64,000 nt of DNA from Alistipes sp. (GTDB lineage Bacteria; Bacteroidota; Bacteroidia; Bacteroidales; Rikenellaceae): NCBI GenBank assembly GCA_045655685.1, contig JAZOPR010000014.1, positions 75,471 to 139,470 on the forward strand, written 5' to 3'. The translations under genes were made by a program, and so were the position numbers. Under the pieces are notes generated by a model. That model was not told where the DNA came from. It worked only from the letters and a program-made list of their open reading frames with translations, and made no database searches. The first letter of the stretch is position 1, and each line of letters opens with the position of its first letter. Shown piece after piece: positions 7,531 through 14,597 of the stretch.

Positions 7531-9096
7531 ATGCCGCAAACAATCACCATTCAACTCTCGCCCCGCGAGGCCGCCGACCCCGAAATCTACACCTCGTTGG
7601 CAGCCCGTCGTATGGGTATCCGTCGCTCGGAGGTCGCTCTGGCGCGTGTCGTGAAGCGTTCGATCGACGCCCGCCAACGCAACGTGAAGGTCAATCTCTC
7701 GATCGAAATCTATGTCGATCGTGAGCCCAAACCCGCCCCCGTACACTTCGACTACCCCGATGTGAGCGGTCGCACCGAGGTGGTGATTGTCGGTTCGGGT
7801 CCTGCGGGATTGTTCGCGGCACTGCGACTTATCGAGCTGGGTTACAAGCCGATAGTGTTGGAGCGCGGACGCGACGTGTCGGCACGCAAACGCGACATCG
7901 CGCAGATCAACCGCAACGGCGAGATCGATCCCGACTCGAATTACGCCTTTGGTGAGGGCGGCGCAGGAACATTCTCGGACGGCAAGTTGTTCACCCGCTC
8001 GAAGAAACGTGGCGACTACAACAAAGCACTGCAAACGCTTGTCTATCACGGTGCTGTGCCCGACATTCTGTTCGAGGCGCACCCCCATATCGGCACCGAC
8101 CGCCTGCCCCGCATTATGACCAACGTGCGACAGACGATCCTCAACGCCGGTGGCGAATTTCTGTTCGACAGCCGAGTTACGGGACTGATTATCAAGGGTG
8201 ATCGTGTCGAGGGCGTCGTGTGTGGCGACCGCCGAATCGATGCCGCAGCCGTGGTGATGGCTACGGGACACTCGGCACGCGACATCTACCGAATGCTCGA
8301 CGCCTCGGGCGTGCGCTTGGAGGCCAAGGCCTTCGCAATGGGCGTGCGAATCGAGCACCCGCAGGCGCTGATCGACTCGATCCAATACCACTGCCGTGAG
8401 CGAGGTGAGTATCTCCCCGCAGCAAGTTATTCGCTTGTTTGTCAGCAGTTTGGGCGTGGAGTCTATTCGTTCTGTATGTGCCCTGGCGGATTCATCGTGC
8501 CCGCAATGACCGAGCAGTGGCAGTCGGTTGTGAACGGAATGTCGCCCTCGGGTCGCAACTCAGTTTTTGCCAATTCGGGACTTGTCACCGAGGTGCGTGT
8601 GGAGGACTATGCCCACCTGAGCGAAGAGTTTGGCGTGCTGGCTGGTTTGGAGTATCAGGAGCGCCTCGAACGCCTCGCGCGCGAAAATGGTGGCGACAAG
8701 CAAATCGCTCCTGCTCAGCGAGTTGCCGACTTTGTAGCGGGTCGTCGTTCGGGTTCGATCCCACACACATCGTACATTCCGGGCACGGTCGCTTCGGAGC
8801 TTTCGGCGTGGTTGCCGCCATTTATGGGCGAGGCCCTGAGAGCCGGAATAGGCCACTTCGGTCGCCGAATGAAGGGTTTTGTGACCAACGATGCGGTGGT
8901 TCTCGGTGTCGAGTCGCGCACCTCGTCGCCCGTGCGTATTCCGCGCGATAGCGACACGCTGATGCACCCCGAAACTCTCGGTCTGTTCCCTGCGGGTGAG
9001 GGTGCGGGCTATGCCGGCGGCATCATTTCGGCAGCCCTCGACGGCGAACGAATTGCCGATAAAGTGGCCGAATATGTGGCTCGCGGCAGACGCTAA
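7531..9096 (+). CDS. FAD-dependent oxidoreductase (COG2509-type FAD-dependent protein)
   Basis: 521 aa with the dinucleotide-binding motif VVIVGSGPAGLFAALRL and a C-terminal LFPAGEGAGYAGGIISAALDG segment typical of this family. Confidence 0.7.
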   Translation: MPQTITIQLSPREAADPEIYTSLAARRMGIRRSEVALARVVKRSIDARQRNVKVNLSIEIYVDREPKPAPVHFDYPDVSGRTEVVIVGSGPAGLFAALRLIELGYKPIVLERGRDVSARKRDIAQINRNGEIDPDSNYAFGEGGAGTFSDGKLFTRSKKRGDYNKALQTLVYHGAVPDILFEAHPHIGTDRLPRIMTNVRQTILNAGGEFLFDSRVTGLIIKGDRVEGVVCGDRRIDAAAVVMATGHSARDIYRMLDASGVRLEAKAFAMGVRIEHPQALIDSIQYHCRERGEYLPAASYSLVCQQFGRGVYSFCMCPGGFIVPAMTEQWQSVVNGMSPSGRNSVFANSGLVTEVRVEDYAHLSEEFGVLAGLEYQERLERLARENGGDKQIAPAQRVADFVAGRRSGSIPHTSYIPGTVASELSAWLPPFMGEALRAGIGHFGRRMKGFVTNDAVVLGVESRTSSPVRIPRDSDTLMHPETLGLFPAGEGAGYAGGIISAALDGERIADKVAEYVARGRR

Positions 9097-9193
9097 ACGG
9101 CTAAAAATGGCCCGTTTGGCACGAAATGCTAAAAAAATTTACTATTTTTTGAAAAATTTTTAAGAAATATTTGCACGGACCGAAAATTCACCT

Positions 9194-9201
9194 TACCTTT
9201 G
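9194..9201 (+). promoter_or_regulatory. -7 promoter box TACCTTTG with upstream TTTGCA; no protein-coding gene lies downstream on this strand
   Basis: Exact TAnnTTTG match. A TTTG lies about 20 nt upstream (ATATTTGCACGG). Confidence 0.4.
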
Positions 9202-9207
9202 CAGCGA

Positions 9208-9349
9208 AGTTTTAAGGTTCATTTAGGTTAGTAGTTTTAGGTTGGTAGAGGACGTCGGCAGGGCGCGGTCGTGATGCTGCGAAGCATAGGAGATCGCTTG
9301 GGTTAAAGCACAGTGCTTTAATCGACCACCCTCCGAATCCTCGTTTTTT
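9208..9349 (+). ncRNA. Candidate small RNA of about 140 nt, unclassified
   Basis: Preceded by a consensus -7 box. Contains a GNRA-capped hairpin ATGCT-GCGA-AGCAT, the palindrome TTAAAGCAC-A-GTGCTTTAA, and the direct repeat TTAGGTTAGTAG/TTAGGTTGGTAG. Ends in CCTCGTTTTTT. There is no credible ORF. Confidence 0.25.
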
Positions 9350-9465
9350 AGAAATTAAACGCGTGTCGGTGCACAGACCGCGACAATATATATAAATGTT
9401 CGAAGTTGCTCTCTGATCCTCTGGATTGGGGAGTTTGTTTTTTATGTAGGTAGGCCCCCTCTCGC

Positions 9466-9496
9466 TAAACAAAAAGCCTCGCTTTGCGAGGCTTTT
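9466..9496 (-). terminator. Rho-independent terminator of rsmG (bidirectional shape)
   Basis: Hairpin GCCTCG-CTTTG-CGAGGC flanked by an A-run and a T-run. Confidence 0.7.
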
Positions 9497-9529
9497 AATC
9501 GTAGATACGAAAGGTTAATCCTCGTCGCT

Positions 9530-10150
9530 CTATCGCTTGGTATAGACCACCTTCTTGGTGTCGAAGAACTCCTCGTCGTAGAGGTCCGAAATCGAATAGA
9601 GATCCCAGCGCTTGCCCGTAAGTGCCAGCTCCTCGGCCAGATCGCCACCCTTCAAGTAGAGTATTCCGTTGGGCAACGTGCCGCGCTGACCGTGCTCGAT
9701 CTTGTGCCAGATCCAGCCCGTGAAGGTCTTCATATCGGTCACAGCGCGGCTCACAACGTAGTCGAATCGCTGGGGCAGGCTCTCCACGCGCGCATTGACG
9801 GGCGTTACATTGGTAAGACCCAACGCCGCGCAGACCTCGCGCACCACCGTGATCTTCTTGCCGATCGAGTCGGCTGCCGTGAATTGCACCTCGGGAAACA
9901 GAATCGCCAGCGGCACGGTCGGGAAACCGCCACCGCAACCCACGTCCAACACACGTGCACCCGCCTCGAATTGGCACACCTTGGCGATGGCCAACGAGTG
10001 CAGCACGTGGCGCAGATAGAGGCTGTCGATGTCCTTGCGCGAGATCACATTGATGCGTGCGTTCCACTCGGTGTACAACGGCAACAACTGCTCGAATTGC
10101 TCGCGCTGACGCTCGGTCAGGTCGGGAAAGTATTTGAGAATCAACTCCAT
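9530..10150 (-). CDS. rsmG: 16S rRNA (guanine527-N7)-methyltransferase RsmG/GidB
   Basis: 206 aa with the SAM motif VLDVGCGGGFP and the family-typical N-terminus LTERQREQFEQLLPLYTEWNARINV. Confidence 0.9.
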   Translation of the reverse strand: MELILKYFPDLTERQREQFEQLLPLYTEWNARINVISRKDIDSLYLRHVLHSLAIAKVCQFEAGARVLDVGCGGGFPTVPLAILFPEVQFTAADSIGKKITVVREVCAALGLTNVTPVNARVESLPQRFDYVVSRAVTDMKTFTGWIWHKIEHGQRGTLPNGILYLKGGDLAEELALTGKRWDLYSISDLYDEEFFDTKKVVYTKR

Positions 10151-10168
10151 ATCTTGTAACTCTTTTCT

Positions 10169-10741
10169 TTACATTTTATCTTCGACGATGAATCGGCACA
10201 ACTGCTCGCGGGCGCGATGAATCTGGGTCTTGACCGTGCCCAACGGCAACGAGAGCTTCTCGGCAATCTCCTCGTAGGAGTACTCCAAAAAGAAACGATA
10301 CTCGATCAGCAGTCGGTAGCGAGGCGTCATACGATCCAGGTGGTGCTCGATGCGTCCGCGCTGTTGCAGACTGATGACGCTCTCCTCGGGCGTCGGCACG
10401 GTCGAGGCGGGTGTGACGGTCGAGTGCGACGGCAGGGCGTCGATCGACAGGTCATCGTGGCGCTTACGCACGTAGTCGATCAGCGTGTTGCGGGCGATGG
10501 TGTAGGCCCACTGACCGAAGGTATATCCGCGGTCGTAGCGTGCCAGATTAATGAACACCTTGATGAAGGTCTCCTGCAACAGGTCGTCGACATCGCTCGA
10601 ATTGCCCAGACGCTGAACATAGAGGCGACGAATCGACTCGCCATAGCGGTTGAACAGATACTCGAAGGCGGCCTTGTCGCCCCCAAGCACCCAATCGACC
10701 AACTGCGCGTCGTCGGCAACTATGTAGTCGGCTATCTCCAT
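10169..10741 (-). CDS. ECF-type RNA polymerase sigma-70 family factor
   Basis: 190 aa. Region 2 reads DDLLQETFIKVF and WAYTIARNTLIDYVRK. Region 4 reads YSYEEIAEKLSLPLGTVKTQIHRAREQL. Confidence 0.85.
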   Translation of the reverse strand: MEIADYIVADDAQLVDWVLGGDKAAFEYLFNRYGESIRRLYVQRLGNSSDVDDLLQETFIKVFINLARYDRGYTFGQWAYTIARNTLIDYVRKRHDDLSIDALPSHSTVTPASTVPTPEESVISLQQRGRIEHHLDRMTPRYRLLIEYRFFLEYSYEEIAEKLSLPLGTVKTQIHRAREQLCRFIVEDKM

Positions 10742-11886
10742 ACGGTGTCGTCCTTATAGAGGCGGCGCGAGATGGCGAGTGCCACTTCGACCCACACGCC
10801 AAACAGGTCGTAGAGGAAATAGGTTGCCATTATGTGTTTCTCGCCCAAGCGTTTACGTACGGCATTGACCGACGAATAGACCAGCACATATCGCAGTGCG
10901 ACGATCACCGCCGTAGCGATTTTCAGTTCGACGGGCAGTGCGATGAGAGCCGCCGCCGAGGCCAGGAAGAAGAGCACACGGCTGCCACCCTCCCACTCGA
11001 TAGCGTTGCGTGCCGCGAGGGGGTAGAAACGGTAGGTGTGGCCGAAATATTTGCGGGCACCGAGCCACCACGACGCACCGCCCCACACCTTCTGGCGCAC
11101 CGTAGCGCGCGGCGAGATGATGACCGAAACGGTGGCCTCATCGGCCAGCTCCTGCAAGAACAGATCGTCCTCGCCCATATTCATATTCAGGTGGTTGAAC
11201 CCCTTGACTTTCAGGTACAATTCGCGGTTCAGACCCAACGTATTTCGCACTCCGCGATAGGGTTTTCCGCTGACTGCGGCCGAGAGCCACATCATCGATT
11301 CGACCATACGCTGGGTGCGCATCAGGCGACCCACGAAGCCACTTCGCAACTCCACACCGCAGTAGCCCAGCACCACATCGCCACGCGTGAAACCCTTGGC
11401 CATCAGGCGAATCCAACGCTCCGAGGTGACGATCGTGTCGCTCGTCGAGAGCAGAATGTGGTCGTAGCTTGCGGCGCGGATACCGAAGTTCAGCGCCTGT
11501 TTGTTCGAGATCGGGAAGCGGGTGTTCTGCTTGATGTTGGTGATTTTCAAGCGGTTGTATTTCACTCGCATCTGGGTGAGCATAATCGAGAAATCCTCGT
11601 TGTTGCCCACATAGACCAGCACCACCTCATAATTTTCGTAATCCTGCGTCAGGTAGATCGGCAGACGTTTTTCGAGAAAGTCGGCATCTTCCTGCGTCAC
11701 GATGACCACCGACACGGGCGGTTCTTCGGTCAGACGCTCGGGTAGCGAGTTGTTCGAGTAGCGCGGCACACGGCGGTAACGCACTGAGTAAAAGTAGATT
11801 TGCACCGCCAACAGCGCAATGATGACAGCCATCAGGGCAATGCCTTGCCAGCCGTAAGCGGCACATATTTGTTCAAAAAGATTCAT
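10732..11886 (-). CDS. Family 2 glycosyltransferase, membrane-bound
   Basis: 384 aa with an N-terminal TM helix, a VSVVIVTQEDADFLEKRL start to the GT-A fold, a GEDDLF motif and C-terminal TM helices. Its 3' end overlaps the sigma gene start by 10 nt. Confidence 0.7.
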   Translation of the reverse strand: MNLFEQICAAYGWQGIALMAVIIALLAVQIYFYSVRYRRVPRYSNNSLPERLTEEPPVSVVIVTQEDADFLEKRLPIYLTQDYENYEVVLVYVGNNEDFSIMLTQMRVKYNRLKITNIKQNTRFPISNKQALNFGIRAASYDHILLSTSDTIVTSERWIRLMAKGFTRGDVVLGYCGVELRSGFVGRLMRTQRMVESMMWLSAAVSGKPYRGVRNTLGLNRELYLKVKGFNHLNMNMGEDDLFLQELADEATVSVIISPRATVRQKVWGGASWWLGARKYFGHTYRFYPLAARNAIEWEGGSRVLFFLASAAALIALPVELKIATAVIVALRYVLVYSSVNAVRKRLGEKHIMATYFLYDLFGVWVEVALAISRRLYKDDTVWR

Positions 11887-11996
11887 TGTCGAAATTTAAA
11901 CTGCAATTATTCGGACAAAGATACGATTTTTAATTCACAATGCACAATTAAAAATTCACACCGAGGGCGGGTTTTGTTGTTTTATATCTAAAATCT

Positions 11997-12068
11997 GCGA
12001 TTTCGTAGAAATCGTCATACACTTCGGCGCCCGCGACTGAAAGTCGCGCCCCCCCGCCGACGTGTATG
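11997..12068 (-). repeat. Nested GC-hairpin element, CATAC class, copy 2
   Basis: GCGATTTCGTAGAAATCGTC followed by CATACACTTCGGCG...CGCCGACGTGTATG, with one arm mismatch. Same inner hairpin CGCGACTGAAAGTCGCG. Confidence 0.85.
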
Positions 12069-12111
12069 CTCTAATGTTGATAAACAAAAAAAGCCCCGCA
12101 GTTGCGAGACT

Positions 12112-12144
12112 CTAATTTTGAATTTTGCTTTTTGAATCTTGAAT
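12112..12144 (+). repeat. 33-nt AT-rich TTGAAT module, copy 2
   Basis: CTAATTTTGAATTTTGCTTTTTGAATCTTGAAT. Confidence 0.8.
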
Positions 12145-12145
12145 T

Positions 12146-12176
12146 TCATCATCGGCGGGCACACTCGCGGGCTGGG
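12146..12176 (+). repeat. Truncated 5' half of a CACACTCGCGG-class hairpin element
   Basis: CATCATCGGCGGGCACACTCGCGGGCTGGG matches the left half of the full copy at 12871-12931. The right arm is absent. Confidence 0.7.
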
Positions 12177-12204
12177 TATGAATAACTCGATAGACATACG
12201 TGTT

Positions 12205-12765
12205 TTACTCGCCAAATCGGAAACCGAGCGAGATGGTTATGCCACTGCCCGTCTGTGCCACTAAATTTTGGTTCATATAGGAGATTGCGGCGTGGTAGCG
12301 ACCAAACTCGACTCCGAGTATCGGCTCCAAATAGCCACTCACATCGATTTTGCCGTCACGATAGCGTTGCTGCTCCATTACCTCGAACGCTGCGCCCAAA
12401 CGCAAACCAACATAGGGCTGCACCTTGCTGTTGCGACCAAACAATCCGCGAATCTCGCCAAAAACGGGCACCGCAAGTTCGTGGCGACCCTGCTTGCCAA
12501 TGCCCCAAATCAGACCCGTACCAGCACCAACATAGAGGCACTCGCGGTGCAGATAACCCTGCGAAGTGACGGCGTGTAGGCACGCATCGCCGCTACTGCT
12601 AAACTCATCGACCGTCACTTGGATGTCCAGATAGCTACGGTAGCCACTCGCATAGATCGGTTTTTCATCTTGCAGATACTGCTCGATGTAGCCCTGCGCC
12701 GCGAGTGGCGAGAGCGCCGCCGTGCCAAAAACGAAGGCGACCAACAGAAGTAAAACTCGTTTCAT
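12205..12765 (-). CDS. Outer-membrane beta-barrel (porin-family) protein with signal peptide
   Basis: 186 aa with signal peptide MKRVLLLLVAFVFGTAALSPLAAQG, alternating hydrophobic beta-strand patterns, and a C-terminal SLGFRFGE. Confidence 0.6.
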   Translation of the reverse strand: MKRVLLLLVAFVFGTAALSPLAAQGYIEQYLQDEKPIYASGYRSYLDIQVTVDEFSSSGDACLHAVTSQGYLHRECLYVGAGTGLIWGIGKQGRHELAVPVFGEIRGLFGRNSKVQPYVGLRLGAAFEVMEQQRYRDGKIDVSGYLEPILGVEFGRYHAAISYMNQNLVAQTGSGITISLGFRFGE

Positions 12766-12882
12766 AAGCGGATCTCTTGAAAGTTTGTTTTTATGACTAT
12801 AACGCTCAGCGTTTCAATTTATTATGCAGTGAGATAATTTTTCGTTTTTTTAATTCAGAGCAAAGATCATCATCGGTGTTCG

Positions 12883-12953
12883 CACACTCGCGGGCTGGGG
12901 CGGTCGCCCGAAGGGCGAGCCCGCGAGTGTGTGGCGGTTTCATCGAAATCGCC
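12883..12953 (+). repeat. Nested GC-hairpin element, CACACTCGCGG class, with a degenerate mini-hairpin
   Basis: Arms CACACTCGCGGGCT and AGCCCGCGAGTGTG are perfect. The G-run GGGGCGG and inner hairpin TCGCCC-GAA-GGGCGA are present, followed by GGTTTCATCGAAATCGCC. Confidence 0.85.
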
Positions 12954-13042
12954 AACGAATAGGATTATCTACTTTTTTATTTTTATTAATTCTTTTTAAG
13001 CAAAGAAAAAATCTTGAATCTTGAATTGCGAATCGCCAACCC

Positions 13043-14581
13043 CTATCGTCCCCAGCTCTCGCGGTCGAGGCTGCGGTAGGTGATTGCCTCGGCGATGTGC
13101 GAGGGCGCGATCTGCTCCTCACCCGCCAGGTCGGCAATGGTGCGGGCAACCTTGATAATGCGGTCGTAGGCGCGCGCCGAGAGTTTCAGTCGCTCCATCG
13201 CGCGCTCCAACAGTGTGCGTGCCGCCGAGTCGAGCGGGCAGTACTCGCGCACCATTCGGCTGTTCATCATCGCGTTGGTATGCACACCCTCAATGCCCTC
13301 AAAACGAGCAGTTTGGATCTCTCGGGCGCGGATCACTCGCTCGCGGATCGTGGCGCTCGACTCCTCCACGCGGTCGCTCGAAAGCTCCTCCAACGCCACG
13401 GGCGTCACCTCGATATGGAGGTCGATACGGTCCATCAGCGGACCCGAAATGCGATTCATATAGCGGAACACGGCGCCCGCCGCGCAGGTGCACTCTTTGG
13501 TGGGGTGATTGTAGTAGCCGCAGGGGCAGGGATTCATCGACGCAATGAGCGAAAAATTGGCTGGATACTCGACGCTATATTTTGCGCGCGATACGGTAAT
13601 CGTTTTATCTTCAAGCGGTTGGCGCAACACTTCGAGCATATTGCGACCAAATTCGGGAAGCTCATCGAGGAACAAAATTCCGTTGTGGGCCAGCGAAACT
13701 TCACCCGGCTGTGGCGACGTGCCGCCACCGATCAGTGCCACCTGCGAGGTGAGGTGGTGGGGTGCGCGGAACGGACGGCGAGCCAGCAGCCCGCGTTCGC
13801 TACCCAGCTTGCCCGCAACAGAGTGAATCTTAGTGGTTTCGAGCGCCTCGCTGAGCGTCATCGGCGGCATAATCGAGGGCATTCGACGTGCCAACATCGT
13901 CTTGCCCGAGCCCGGAGCGCCGATCATCACCACGTTGTGACCACCCGCCGCCGCGATCTCCAAAGCGCGCTTGGCCTGTGCCTGACCCTTCACGTCGGCA
14001 AAGTCCTCTCCAAAGCGATTCGATTCATTATCAAATACTTGTGTTGTGTCGAGATGTGTCGGTTCGATCTGCTCCTCACCCGTCAGAAAGGCCACAACCT
14101 GCGCCAGCGACTGCACGCCAATCACCTCGGTGCCTTCGACCACAGCCGCCTCGCGAGCGTTCTCCTCGGGCAGGATCACACCACGCAGACCCTCCTGCGC
14201 CGCACGCACCGTGAGTGGCAGTGCGCCCTTGATCGGGCGGAGTGTGCCGTCGAGCGATAACTCGCCGAGAATCATATATTTATCAACAAGTTCGCTCTCG
14301 ATCTGACCCGATGCCGCCAGCAACGCCACCGCAATCGGCAGGTCGAACAACGAGCCCTCTTTACGCAGGTCGGCAGGCGCCAGATTGATCACAATCTTGC
14401 GGCCACTCATACGGAATCCGCTGTTCTCGAATGCCGCGCGGATACGCTCCTGCGACTCCTTCACAGCGTTGTCGGGCAGACCCACAAGGTACATTCCGAT
14501 ACCGCGCGTGATGTCCGCCTCGACGGTCACCATCACAGCGTCGATACCTACAACCGTACCTGCGTATGTCTTTACGAACAT
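13043..14581 (-). CDS. comM: YifB/ComM family Mg-chelatase-like AAA+ ATPase
   Basis: 512 aa with an N-terminal Lon-protease-like domain, Walker A GAPGSGKTMLARR, the ILFLDELPEF Walker B region, and a C-terminal ChlI-like helix bundle. Confidence 0.9.
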   Translation of the reverse strand: MFVKTYAGTVVGIDAVMVTVEADITRGIGMYLVGLPDNAVKESQERIRAAFENSGFRMSGRKIVINLAPADLRKEGSLFDLPIAVALLAASGQIESELVDKYMILGELSLDGTLRPIKGALPLTVRAAQEGLRGVILPEENAREAAVVEGTEVIGVQSLAQVVAFLTGEEQIEPTHLDTTQVFDNESNRFGEDFADVKGQAQAKRALEIAAAGGHNVVMIGAPGSGKTMLARRMPSIMPPMTLSEALETTKIHSVAGKLGSERGLLARRPFRAPHHLTSQVALIGGGTSPQPGEVSLAHNGILFLDELPEFGRNMLEVLRQPLEDKTITVSRAKYSVEYPANFSLIASMNPCPCGYYNHPTKECTCAAGAVFRYMNRISGPLMDRIDLHIEVTPVALEELSSDRVEESSATIRERVIRAREIQTARFEGIEGVHTNAMMNSRMVREYCPLDSAARTLLERAMERLKLSARAYDRIIKVARTIADLAGEEQIAPSHIAEAITYRSLDRESWGR

Positions 14582-14597
14582 ATTGATTTATTGCATT

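Noticed and set aside
9097-9470. tmRNA, RNase P RNA, SRP RNA, 6S RNA or a riboswitch in the large gap.
   Set aside because: I could not find any of the following:
- a tag-peptide ORF of the ...YALAA type;
- GAGGAAAGTCC (RNase P);
- an SRP domain IV motif;
- the B12 box, or TPP or SAM cores.

The region is kept only as an unclassified sRNA candidate.
9212-9472. An 86-aa minus-strand ORF in the gap between the FAD-protein gene and rsmG.
   Set aside because: - It has no start context or promoter, and its composition is atypical.
- It would run through the rsmG terminator region.
- The region is better explained as non-coding, with a candidate sRNA on the plus strand.
12015-12215. Short ORFs lying inside repeat clusters: 12015-12215, 16327-16743, 5774-5989, 6071-6343, 56398-56636 and 63559-63753.
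   Set aside because: They are composed of hairpin and AT-rich repeat modules that recur in both orientations. The reading frames are not preserved between repeat copies.
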